64,000 nt of DNA from Eledone cirrhosa (Eukaryota), in assembly GCA_964016885.1 (NCBI GenBank), contig OZ024746.1:61442001-61506000 (forward strand), in the 5' to 3' direction. Of the stretch, positions 1-12,772 are shown piece by piece. The notes under the pieces are model-generated. The model was not told where the DNA came from. It saw only the letters and a program-made list of their open reading frames with translations, and did not search any database. Position 1 is the stretch's first letter, and each line of letters opens with the position of its first letter. The translations under genes and the position numbers were made by a program.

Positions 1-92
1 TATATATATATATATATCATATATATATATATCATATATATCATATATATATATCATATATATATATATATCATATATATATATATATATAT

Positions 93-139
<47 letters not shown>

Positions 140-145
<6 letters not shown>

Positions 146-582
146 CATAAAATAAAGTTAAATAAAAGTCAAATGATTAAAATTTAGCTTCGTTTATTAC
201 TGCTATATATATTTCAGTGACAGCCATCTTTGGCTGTGACCTCTTCAGGCAATTTGAATTAGTATGGTATAGACAAGTACATATGTTGTTAAGGTGTATA
301 ATATTGTCAATACTCTGATATGCCCAGTTCCTTGTTGGGTTGTTATTTCACTAAGGAACTGGAGTCCAGTTCCTCAGTGAAATAACAACCCAACAAGGAA
401 CTGGGCATATCAGAGTATTGACAATATTATACACCTTAACAACATATGTACTTGTCTATACCATACTAATTCAAATTGCCTGAAGAGGTCACAGCCAAAG
501 ATGGCTGTCACTGAAATATATATAGCAGTAATAAACGAAGCTAAATTTTAATCATTTGACTTTTATTTAACTTTATTTTATG

Positions 583-588
<6 letters not shown>
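140..588. mobile_element. Near-perfect 449-bp palindrome in (TA)n; inverted pair of Penelope-like terminal fragments
   Basis: 140-363 is the reverse complement of 365-588 (centre at 364; one mismatch seen, 353/375). Flanked on both sides by TA arrays; each arm carries a hammerhead motif. Confidence 0.8.
475..529 (+). ncRNA. Type I hammerhead ribozyme (mirror copy at 199-253, - strand)
   Basis: auugc CUGAAGA [ggucacagcca aaga uggcugucacu] GAAA uauaua UA gcagu: complete core, 5-bp stem I, stem II with 10 of 11 pairs, self-complementary minimal stem III. Confidence 0.8.
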
Positions 589-624
<36 letters not shown>

Positions 625-1029
625 TACATATATATATATATGTATGTATATATTATATATATATATGTATATATTATATATATATATGTATATATTATAT
701 ATATATATATGTATATATTATATATATATATATGTATATATTATATATTTATATATATATGTATATATTATGTATATATGTATATCATACATATATATGT
801 ATGTATATGTATATATTTTATATATATGTATATATTATATATATATGTATTTATTATATATATATGTATTTATTATATATATATGTATTTATTATATATA
901 TATGTATTTATTATATATATATGTATATATTATATATATATGTATATATTATATATATATGTATATATTATATACATATATATATACATATATATATATG
1001 TATATATATATGTATATCATATATATGTA

Positions 1030-1073
<44 letters not shown>

Positions 1074-1165
1074 TTATTATATATATATGTATATATTATA
1101 TATATGTATTTATTATATATATATATATGTATATATTATATATATATATATATCATATATATATA

Positions 1166-1197
<32 letters not shown>

Positions 1198-1501
1198 CAT
1201 ATATATGTATGTATATATTATATATATATATATTATATATATATATATATCATATATATGTATGTATATATGTATATATTATATATATATATATATCATA
1301 TATATGTATGTATATATATATATATTATATATATATATATATCATATATATGTATGTATATATATATATATTATATATATATATATATCATATATATGTA
1401 TGTATATATGTATATATTATATATATATATATATCATATATATGTATGTATATATGTATATATTATATATATATATATATCATATATATGTATCTATATA
1501 A

Positions 1502-1562
<61 letters not shown>

Positions 1563-1610
1563 TGTGTATGTATATATATTATATATATACACATACACAT
1601 TATATACATG
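589..1610. repeat. Degenerate (TA)n microsatellite array
   Basis: About 1 kb of TA dinucleotides with interspersed TG/TCA variants. Confidence 0.97.
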
Positions 1611-1647
1611 TATGTTGTGTGTAGAAATATCCGTAAAAACCTGCTAA

Positions 1648-2171
1648 CCCTTTCGTTATGACATTTCTAAAGAAAGACATTGCCTATGATTATTCAAATC
1701 ATTTTGAGAGATATGCTAATATAACCTTTTCATTATTATGTTTATATTTGGAGCATAACTTAACAAAAGTTCTTACATAAAAAATTATGATGGTGGATTT
1801 TCAGATAAATGTAAATATTTGAAAATAAACAGTTTTGTATCTATGAACAGCTTCAAATAGCTTGATATCAAAAGGGTTATGTTATGTTCCAAACACCAGC
1901 ATAATATTGAAACAATTAGTTTATTACTAAAACCCTCCAAATTCTTGATTATTTTTTAAATCATAGGGAGAGACTTTCATTAGAAATATAACAAAAGATC
2001 TTCCATCATAATTTTATGTTAGAATCTTTGTAAAGTTATGTTCCAAACACCAGCATAATATTGAAGAAAATATTTATATTATTAAATTCCTATAAATTCT
2101 TGATTGTTTTTTTCAAATTTATTTGGAAATCACAGACAGTGTGTTTCATTAGAAATATGGTAATGAAAGAG
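1648..2171. mobile_element. Decayed TTAA-type (piggyBac-like) MITE material with internal duplication
   Basis: Starts ctaa|CCCTTTCGTTA and ends TAATGAAAGAG|ttaa; a second end (aaaggg|ttat) at ~1876; 'gttatgttccaaacaccagcataatattgaa' duplicated at 1881 and 2035. Confidence 0.6.
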
Positions 2172-3594
2172 TTAAAAATGCAGATAGATTAAAATGAATA
2201 TTGGTGCCATAAGTACTTTTTTATGTTATCTCTTAACATTTTATGGTATCTTGTAAAAAAAAAATGATAAAATTTAACTTTTTTTGTTTTTAAAATAAAT
2301 ATTTAAGTGCTGAATCAAAATGAACGAATTGATAAAATAATGATTTCCTATCTGACTCGAGGCATAACATTGTCTCATAGTAGGATAGTTTGTTCTGTAT
2401 GGCAAAGTTCATACAGCTGTTGCTTTTTAGCCCCAGGCCATGCCTGGTTGAGTAAACCTATGATCAAAAATATTCTATCCATGATTATATGTATTTTTAT
2501 TTTCATTTTTTATTTAAAAACAAAACAATTTTTGCAGATAAAGTGTGTTTAAGGCTTGAAAAGAAAAAATTCTCCTACATTTTGTACTAATTCACATATC
2601 CCACTTACTATCATATATGTATTTATTTTTATGATAAAAAAAAAATATAGCAACCTATCAGCTGTATTGCAAATTAATTAGCATTATAACTAATGGAAAT
2701 ATCTCTCCTCTGCCTCATCTCACTTTTGACCTACTGAGCCTCTCCCGCAGGATGTCATGGTCCTTTTGAGTCTTTGAAACTGAGATCCTAGGTCTAGGGT
2801 TATATTATCCAATGTCTCCTTTTTTTTTGAGATTGTATGGTGTGATCCAAGGCAAGATATGGCTGCTATTTCTAGCCGGTCAAACGGCTACATACCATCA
2901 TTCTTGCTATCTTATGTTCACTTGTCTTTGAAAAAAACAGGTACTAGATCAAAAACAATGTTAGATATGTTAACATGGCAATATGAATAGATGCAACAAG
3001 TACCAAACAAAACAAGACAAACAAGAAAGAAAACAGCAATCCAATGATATTGTATATGTGAGAAGATATAAAATGAGATTGTGTCTATGAGAAGATATAT
3101 ATCTTTAGTGAATTCCAAAAATGTAGTTAAAGGAAACTATCCTTCTTCCTGGACTTGAACACTAATAGGCATTCATTTATTTGATCTCTCTCTCTCGGTA
3201 GATTATACTGATAGAATAGAACATGTCCATAGTTGTCTTTGGCCTGCAAACAAAAATAGACTTTCTTTCCCCTAAGTATGTAAATTAACACTTTAAGAGA
3301 TTAATTCTTAATTTCTTGAAATTTTCTCCTTTTTCTAAATTTTTGTTTGTTTTCTCCAATGTGTACATCACCCCTTGAATTATTAATCCAAATCAAAGCT
3401 ATTGGTCCAATTGGGTTATTTCCCTTTGAAGATTTAATATTTTATTTGCCTTGTAACTCTTTACATTGTGAAATTGTCATTAATATTGATTTATCAAGTA
3501 TAAAACCACACATTTTAGGTGAGCGAACATGTGGTTAAATTGATCCAACACATGACTGATACATGGTTTACATTATCAATTAAATGAAAATAGC

Positions 3595-3862
3595 TGAGTG
3601 GCAGAATTGGTAGAGCAACTAACTAAATACTTAATGAGGTTCAGTTATGTTCCTTTATGCTCTGAGTTCAAATCTTACTGGGGTTGACTTGTCTTTTCAT
3701 CATTCCAAATCTTACTGGGGTTGACTTGTCTTTTCATCCTTCCAAATCTTACTGGGGTTGACTTGTCTTTTCATCCTTCCAAATCTTACTGGGGTTGACT
3801 TGTCTTTTCATCCTTCCAAATCTTACTGGGGTTGACTTGTCTTTTCATCAATTTAGGTATCA
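3595..3862 (+). mobile_element. Decayed SINE (family A) with ~39-bp internal tandem amplification (5 copies)
   Basis: A-box tggcagaattgg, B-box gagttcaaat, then repeated caaatcttactggggttgacttgtcttttcatccttc. Confidence 0.8.
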
Positions 3863-4299
3863 GTCAGTTATTTGTGTCAATTCAATCTACTACACTGCTC
3901 AAATTAGGAATCAAGATTACAGGTTTCACTGACTGCTTTCTTTTCATGCCAGTCACCATTGAGACCCGATGTGTCCTTTGTCCTCTAACTGCTGTTTTCC
4001 TCTGTAAAATGTGAAAGACAACAGACCACCTGAGGAAGGAGCCCTGTGAGGTGGAGTGGTTGCTGTAGCGGGTGTTGCTGGCCATTCTCCGCAGCAATGC
4101 CTTCACCATTTTGTTTGTAAAGCCCAGTTGAAACTTATTCCTCTGGCTTGACTGTAGATTCTGTCCCTCCTTCCTCCTTTCTTTCGTTGCTTAATTTCAT
4201 TTTTCTTTTCTTTATCTTCCTTTCCTTCTCTTTCTTTTTCATTTCCTTATCGCCATATACATTGTATTTTTTATCTCATTTAATTAAGCAAACCATATT

Positions 4300-4548
4300 G
4301 GCTTAGTGGTTAGAACATTGGCCTTGCAATCAAAAGGTTGTGAGTTCAATTCTCAGACCGGGTGATGTATTGTTTCCTTGAGCAAGACACTTTATTTCAC
4401 ATTGCTCCAGTTTACTCAGCACTCACTGTAAATGAGGTTGGTGTTAGGAAGGGCATCCAGCTGTAGAAATTAAGCCAGAATCAGTTCCCGTCCCACCCTT
4501 GCAAGCAGGGAAAAGCGGACGTAAAACGATGATGATGATGATGATATT
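4300..4548 (+). mobile_element. tRNA-derived SINE (family B) with RTE-type (GAT)n tail and 38-bp target-site duplication
   Basis: A-box ggcttagtgg, B-box gagttcaatt, body ccttgagcaagacactt, tail ggacgtaaaacgatgatgat; 4262-4299 is repeated at 4549-4586 with one mismatch. Confidence 0.85.
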
Positions 4549-4610
4549 TTGTAGTTTTTATCTCATTTAATTAAGCAAACCATATTTTCACTTATTATCT
4601 CTTCCTTGAT

Positions 4611-4794
4611 GGCGGTGGATTGGCAGTATCGGTAGAGAGTCGGACGCCATGCTTTCCAGCATAGTTACGTCCCTTTACGATCTGAGTTCAAATCCCGCCG
4701 AGGTTGACTTTGCCTTTCATCCTTACGGGGTCGATAAAATAAAGTACCAGTAATGCACTGGGTAATTGCTGGCCTTGTGCCTAAAGTAGAAACA
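4611..4794 (+). mobile_element. Young tRNA-derived SINE (family A), full length
   Basis: A-box tggcagtatcgg, B-box gagttcaaatccc, core gcctttcatccttacggggtcgataaaataaagtacc; 17-bp TSD attatctcttccttgat (4594-4610 / 4795-4811). Confidence 0.9.
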
Positions 4795-5286
4795 ATTATC
4801 TCTTCCTTGATTAGCATAATATGCTTTCAGGAGCTCACTGAGATCAACTTAGCTTTCACTCCTTGTTTTCAACAGTGGGCTTTGTTAAAGACCCCCCAAG
4901 GAACATGCGGTGGTGTTAAATCAATGCTTTCATCCTTTGCTAAAGGCCCTCATGGATCACATGGCGGTGTTATATCAGGGGACAGATTAATCCCACTGCT
5001 TAAATCGGCCACAGTGGGATTTGAACTCATAACACAAAGATCTGGAACAAATACTGTAAGACATAACCTCTGATGCTCTACCAATTCCTCCAGTCTTCAG
5101 ACCACTACTCTTGGATTAACTGGAAGGGTCATTGGTATTGTCTCTGACAAAGCAGTTAAAAAGGAAATAAAAAGTATTTTGAGCTTTGCCTAGCGTCACA
5201 GACTGTCCAACCATGACCACATCATCTGATTTTAAGATAGTTCAATAGAGATGTGTCTAGATATGTCTTTAGATATATATATTATA

Positions 5287-5354
<68 letters not shown>

Positions 5355-5360
<6 letters not shown>

Positions 5361-5426
5361 CCAAAAATGTATACGTACTTCAACAGCATTCTAATCAAAG
5401 TGTGTATACATTTTTTGGGGGACACC

Positions 5427-5429
<3 letters not shown>
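5355..5429. mobile_element. Tc1/mariner-type MITE (left TIR eroded)
   Basis: Homologous to 14485-14559; ends ggacaccctg|ta. Confidence 0.7.
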
Positions 5430-5465
<36 letters not shown>

Positions 5466-5737
5466 CGCACACATAAAACACATGCACACATATACACACA
5501 TACATACATATATACTTTTGCATATGCTTCTGCCTTTATAACTAGATATGTATTCTTGCATGTATCTGTCTGCAGACATTTAGCATCATAATCGTATCAG
5601 TTCTCTCATACTACATACTCTTACCCTCCCCCCAACCCCCTCCTCCACTTTTGTCCTGTTCCTCTTACAAGCACAAGCATTAACACATACGCACACATCG
5701 ATACAGAAAGATAAACATACATACACACGAGTGTATG

Positions 5738-5807
<70 letters not shown>

Positions 5808-6033
5808 GACAGTCTCTTATATTATATCGTAGGCTTACGATTACTGGTTTTCCATACAGGGCTAGACGGACACCTGCAGTCTAGCGAACGCACAGATACA
5901 GTTTCTTCCTGAAGCGCACAGATGCATTCTCTATCTCACCTTGTACAAAGTAAATCACACGCTCACACGAACATACACACACATACTCACATGCACACAC
6001 ACATATACGAATATACACACACATACTCACACG

Positions 6034-6093
<60 letters not shown>

Positions 6094-6203
6094 CACATAC
6101 TCACACGAACAAACACATATACGAATATACACACACACACACACATGCACATACTCACACGAACAAACACATATACGAATGTACACCCACACGCGCGCGA
6201 AGG

Positions 6204-6238
<35 letters not shown>

Positions 6239-6324
6239 TTTCACACGAACACACAGATCAGGCGTTTGAAACGTTCTTCTTTCACCCTGTCTGTTGCGAT
6301 TGGCGGTTAGAGGTAGTGTATGCG

Positions 6325-6375
<51 letters not shown>

Positions 6376-6450
6376 CTAGGCACCTTAACACGCAATGTAC
6401 ATCAAATACACACAATTATTATATCTGTGTAGGTAATTCGAGCTATATGA

Positions 6451-6486
<36 letters not shown>

Positions 6487-6589
6487 ATTCAACAGATACG
6501 CGCCAATCCTGCATCATTGTAAATTTATATGCGCTCTGGCATACAATCAAACAGTCATGCACGCACGAGCATATACTCACACACACACA

Positions 6590-6787
6590 CACACACAAGC
6601 ATACGCATTTGCACACACACCAGCATACATATAACAACCAGACGCATTTGCACACACACACACACACACGTACTCACACCAGCATACATATAACAACCAG
6701 ACACATTTGCACACGCACACGCACACGCACACACACACACACACACACGTACTCACACCAGCATACATATAACGACCAGACACATTT

Positions 6788-6824
<37 letters not shown>

Positions 6825-6968
6825 AGCATACATATAACAACCAGACACATTTGCACATACACAGACACTCGTACTCACACCAGCATACATATAACAACCA
6901 GACACATTTGCACACACACACACACACACACACACACACCAGCATACATATAACAACCAGACACATTT

Positions 6969-7023
<55 letters not shown>

Positions 7024-7190
7024 AGCATACATATAACAACCAGACACACACACACACACACACACACCAGCATACATATAACAACCAGACACACACACAC
7101 ACACACACACACCAGCATACATATAACAACCAGACACACACACACACACACACACACACCAGCATACATATAACAACCAGACACACACGC
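6590..7190. repeat. Compound minisatellite accagcatacatataacaaccagacacatttg(CA)n
   Basis: About 11 units with variable CA tract length. Confidence 0.92.
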
Positions 7191-7381
7191 GCGACATGTG
7201 CCGATATTTGCATATGAGAATGGTAAGGTATTATTGGTGGCAGGGTTTGCAGCATTGGACGGTCTAGTCCAGCTAGTGGAGTAGTAGATGGCGGTAGTGG
7301 AGATAGATAGACAGTGAGCACTAACAAAAAAAAAGAACTTGAGAAAGATTTAGTAGATCTCTATACTATTTTTGTGTGTGA

Positions 7382-7424
<43 letters not shown>

Positions 7425-7777
7425 CTTATACAAATAATATAGAGATCTACCTAATGTTTATACATATACACACACACACACATACACACACATATATATA
7501 TATATATATATTCACAAATAATAGATATCTACCATATATATATATATATATTCACAAATAATAGATATCTACCATATATATATATATATATATGTAGGAG
7601 GAGAGTTTTATTGTAGTACAATAAAGCAATGCAAATATCGGATAAGAAGCACTCTACAGTTTGTAGGACTCTACATATATATATATGTGTGTGATATTCA
7701 CAAATAATAGATATCTACCATATATATATTCACAAATAATATAGAGATCTACCATATATATATATATATATATATAT

Positions 7778-7953
7778 GTCTCTCCCCACTCCCCTACACA
7801 CCCTTTGAACTCTGTTCCCACACACTTCTCACGTGAGGAAGGGCTTATGCCCGAAACGTCGTTCCCCACCACCACCCCACTCTCCAGAGCGTGAAATTAA
7901 TAAACATTCGTTGTACTGCCTCTCTGTTTTGTTCCTGTTCAAATTTTTCCATT
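7778..7953 (+). mobile_element. Penelope-like terminal fragment in (TA)n with minimal hammerhead at 7831-7862
   Basis: ac gUGAGGA agggc uuau gccc GAAAC GUC gu (C3 replaced by G); downstream aataaa; TA arrays on both sides. Confidence 0.6.
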
Positions 7954-8089
7954 ATATATATGTGTGTGTGCTTGTATGTCTCTATTTGTGTGTGTATATA
8001 AATATATATATATATATATATACACACATATGTATGTGTATATGCATGTGTATATAATATGTGGGTATGGGTACATATATATATATATA

Positions 8090-8197
8090 TAATTGTTTCT
8101 ACTTTTTGGCACAAGGCCAGCAATTATCCCAGTATATTACTGGTACTTTATTTTATCGACCCCGTAAGGATGAAAGGCAAAGTTAACCTCAGCGGAT
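8090..8197 (-). mobile_element. SINE family A, 3' half
   Basis: Reverse complement of ~4695-4799. Confidence 0.85.
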
Positions 8198-8245
8198 ATA
8201 GTGTTATCTATGTACATTTATGAAGTAAAGAATATCCATACACTT

Positions 8246-8292
<47 letters not shown>

Positions 8293-8727
8293 CTCTTTCA
8301 CGCATACACACTCTCTTTCACGCATACATACATACATACATACTCTCTCTCACACATACATACTTTTCTCTCTCTCTCCCTCTGTCTCTCTCTCACACAC
8401 ACATACTCTCTCTCTCTCACACACACATACATACTCTCTCTCTCTCACACACACACATACATTCTCTCTCTCTCACACACATACACACAAACAGTAGTGG
8501 ATTATATATAGATGGTAAAAGGATGGGTAGATAGAGGACTGACAAATAGACAGAGAGAGAGAGAGAGTGTGTGTGTGTGTCTGAGTTAGAGAGTGGGAGA
8601 CAGAAAGAGAGAGGGAGTAGGAAATGAAAAGAGGGAGAGGGTGGGAAAAAGAAGGAAAAATATATATAAATAGAGAAAGATGCACTCCGAGGAACGTACC
8701 ATTATGCCTGTATAAATTCTACCAACT

Positions 8728-8759
<32 letters not shown>

Positions 8760-8770
<11 letters not shown>

Positions 8771-9220
8771 GTCGATGTGTGTGTGTGTGTGTGTTTGTAT
8801 GTGTAGATGTGTGTGTGTGTTTGTATGTGTAGATGTGTGTGTTTGTATGTGTAGATGTGTGTGTGTATGTGTAGATGTGTGTATGTGTACGTGATATATA
8901 TTCACGTGTAGATGTGTTTGTATGTGTGTATGTGTAGATGTGTGTTCGTATGTGTAGATGTGTGTGTAGATGTGTTTGTATGTGTAGATGTGTGTATGTG
9001 TAGATGTGTGTTTGTTTGTATGTGTAGATATGTGTGTTTGTATGTGTAGATATGTGTGTTTGTATATGTAGATGTGCGTTTGTGTATGTATGTGTAGATG
9101 TGTGTTTGTGTATGTATGTGTAGATGTGTGTGTTTGTGTAGATGTGCGTGTTTGTGTATGTATGTGTATATGTGTGTGTATGTGTAGATGTGCGTGTTTG
9201 TGTATGTGTAGGTGTGTGTT
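8760..9220. repeat. Minisatellite gtatgtgtagatgtgt(gt)n
   Basis: Tandem units visible directly. Confidence 0.9.
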
Positions 9221-9319
9221 ATGAAATAAATCTATCCTGAACAGGTACTATTGCTGGCACTATGTTACCACTGGTTACTAGTTTATCACACCTACCGGCA
9301 GTAATTTAGTGTGGTGTGG

Positions 9320-10853
9320 GGTGTTATAGTAGTGGAGAGGGGGGCGGCGATAGTTAGTGGTGTTACAGTAGTGAAGAGGGTGGTTTTATAGTAGTGAAGG
9401 TGGTGGTTTTATAGTAGTGAAGGGAGTGGTGTTACAGTAGTGAAGAGGGTGGTGGTGGTGTTACAGTAGTGAAGAGCGTGGTGTTGTAGTAGTGAAGAGA
9501 GTGGTGGTGTTATAGTAGTGGAGAGGGGGGCGGCGATAGTTAGTGGTGTTACAGTAGTGAAGAGGGTGGTTTTATAGTAGTGAAGGTGGTGGTGTTGGTG
9601 GTGTTACAGTAGTGAAGAGGGTGGTGGTGTTACAGTAGTGAAGAGGGTGGTGTTGGTGGTGTTAGAGTAGTGAAGAGGGTGGTGGTGTTACAGTAGTGAA
9701 GAGGGTGGTGTTGGTGTTACAGTAGTGAAGAGGGTGGTGTTGGTGGTGTTACAGTAGTGAAGAGGGTGGTGTTGGTGGTGTTACAGTAGTGAAGAGGGTG
9801 GTGTTGGTGGTGTTACAGTAGTGAAGAGGGTGGTGGTGTTACAGTAGTGAAGAGGGTGGTGTTGGTATTACAGTAGTGAAGAGGGTGGTGTTATAGTAGT
9901 GAAGAGGGTGGTGGTGGTGTTACAGTAGTGAAGAGGGTGGTGGTGGTGGTGTTACAGTAGTGAAGAGGGTGGTGGTGTTACAGTAGTGAAGAGGGTGGTG
10001 TTGGTGTTACAGTAGTGAAGAGGGTGGTGTTGGTGGTGTTACAGTAGTGAAGAGGGTGGTGTTGGTGGTGTTACAGTAGTGAAGAGGGTGGTGGTGGTGT
10101 TACAGTAGTGAAGAGGGTGGTGTTGGTGGTGTTACAGTAGTGAAGAGGGTGGTGTTGGTGGTGTTACAGTAGTGAAGAGGGTGGTGTTGGTGTTACAGTA
10201 GTGAAGAGGGTGGTGTTGGTAGTGTTACAGTAGTGAAGAGGGTGGTGGTGGTGTTGTAGTAGTAAAGAGGGTGGTGTTGGTGGTGTTACAGTAGTGAAGA
10301 GGGTGGTGTTGGTGTTACAGTAGTGAAGAGGGTGGTGGTGTTACAGTAGTGAAGAGGGTGGTGTTGGTGTTACAGTAGTGAAGAGGGTGGTGTTATAGTA
10401 GGGAAGAGGGTGGTGTTGGTGTTACAGTAGTGAATAGGGTGGTGGTGGTGTTACAGTAGTGAAGAGGGTGTTGGTGGTGTTACAGTAGTGAAGAGGGTGG
10501 TGGTGGTGTTACAGTAGTGAAGAGGGTGTTGGTGGTGTTACAGTAGTGAAGAGGGTGTTGGTGGTGTTACAGTAGTGAAGAGGGTGGTGGTGTTACAGTA
10601 GTGAAGAGGGTGGTGGTGTTACAGTAGTGAAGAGGGTGGTGTTGGTGGTGTTACAGTAGTGAAGAGAGTGGTGTTGGTGGTGTTACAGTAGTGGAGGTGG
10701 TGTTGGTGGCGTTACAGTAGTGAAGGTGGTGGTGGTGGTGGTATTATAGTAGTGAAGAGGTTGGTGTTATAGTAGTGAAGGAGGTGGTGGTGGTGTTGTA
10801 GTAGTGAAGGGGGTGGTGTTGGTGTTGTAGTAGTGAAGAGGGTGGTGTTGGTG
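9320..10853. repeat. 1.5-kb G-rich minisatellite, 23-32 bp unit ggtggtgttacagtagtgaagag
   Basis: Many tandem units differing in the number of GGT/GTT triplets. Confidence 0.97.
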
Positions 10854-11011
10854 ATCATTTTCGTCAATGTCTGTCCAGTGAAATGAAAGTGATGGTGAAT
10901 CAGGGACGTGTTTTAACATAAATACGAATATTTCACATTACACATTGACTACCCTGCACACACATGCATATATATATATATATATATATACTCACATACA
11001 CGATCTCTCTA

Positions 11012-11088
<77 letters not shown>

Positions 11089-11159
11089 TACATACACCAT
11101 CTCTCTCACCCACACATGCAAGTTCAAGCTGTTGATTCACCTCTATACATTCGTGTGTG

Positions 11160-11305
<146 letters not shown>

Positions 11306-11307
11306 AT

Positions 11308-12322
11308 GATGCTCTAGAAAGAAACAACTATAGAGGAATAAAAACTAATGGACCAAGTTATGAAAATGACGGTAAGAATTATAGCACAGCTAATTAGGGA
11401 AAGACTCAAATTAGATGAGATACAGTTTGGTATCATGCCTGGGAAAAGTACTACAGACGCCCTCTTTTTAGTGAGGTAACTACGAAAGAAGTTCCTAGTC
11501 AAAAATAAGCCGCTATATTTACCTTTTGTTGATCTAGAGAAGGCCTTTGACAGAGTACTTCGATCTATTATCTATTGGTCCTTAAGGAAATTGGGTGTAG
11601 AAGAATTGAGTGCAAGCTATGTACAAAGGAGCTATCAGTAAAGTGAGAATAGGAAGCGTGTTTAGTGAGGACTTCAAGGTACAGGTAGGAGTTCATCATG
11701 TTTCGGTTTATCATAGTTTTCTAGGCCATAATAGAGGAGTTTAAAACTGGCTGTCCATAAGAATTTCTCTATGCCTATGATTTGGTCCTTATAGCTGAAT
11801 CCATAGCTGAATCCAAGAACTAGAAAATACGTTCCAACTATGGAAAAAGAATTTGGAATTAAAAGGGCAAAGAGCAAACTTAGCCAGAACTAAAGTGCTA
11901 GTCAGTACGGAAGAAGATAGGATCTTGATTCATTCAGGGAAGTGGCCCTGCTCAATATGTAGAAAGGGAGTAGGCATAAACTCCATACGAAGTACACAAT
12001 GTAAATTTTGGGTACACAAGAGATGTAGTGAGATAACAGGTAAACTAACAGGAAGGGAAGCGTTTGAATGTAGAAGATGCACATGTGTAATCGAGGGGAA
12101 GAGCGGCAGCGATATAAACCATAAGTGCGAGAGAAAGGTAGAGCTTGGACAATCTAAGGGAGAAGTTGCGTTTAAGAGGAATCCGAGTTGGTGTCAGGAG
12201 AGAAGTCTGCATTTGGTTTGGACATGTGATGCGCATAGATGATGATCGCTGGGTGAAGAAGTGCTAGGAAATCTCATTGGAAGGAAGCTGTCGTAGAGGT
12301 AAACCAAGAAAGACCTGGACAG
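11308..12322 (+). pseudogene. Decayed RTE-clade LINE: RT domain, Cys/His finger and C-terminus
   Basis: Translates NYRGIKL, QFGIMPGKSTTDALF, FVDLEKAFDRV, LYAYDLVLIAES (YADD lost), WPCSICRKGVG..CKFWVHKRCS, RRGKPRKTW, with stops, frameshifts and deletions. Confidence 0.9.
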
Positions 12323-12772
12323 ATGGCTTTTCCACATTAAACTATGTACGTTTTCCTAAATATTATGTGCTTTATATATGTACAAAATACGATGTGTTTC
12401 TCAAACGATATATGGCTCTTTCTCTCTCTTTATACATTTATCATTTAATTTGCATTATTGATGCTCTGGACAACGTCCATTGAGCTTTTCTATTGAGAAA
12501 CATAATCATCATACCTATATATGTTATGATACCTTGCTTAAACGGAACTATATTTTGGCCGTTTTGTTTTACTGCTAGATACCCTTCCTAACACCAACCA
12601 CGTTTGCAGTGTGTGACTGGGTGGTCAAACAAATAAAATTGAATCGAAATAAAAACGTCTCAATTTCGTTCTGTAAAAAGCTCAATGGAAATAAAATACA
12701 AAAAATCCCTATACCAGAGCACACTTATGTGACAATATTATAGAAACATTAATTACGTATTGTAATACATAT

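Noticed and set aside
580-1647. Long YI/IY-rich ORFs (also 48888-49937) and the many HT/CV/SL-rich ORFs
   Set aside because: They are translations of (TA)n, (CA)n and (CT)n microsatellites, which lack stop codons by construction.
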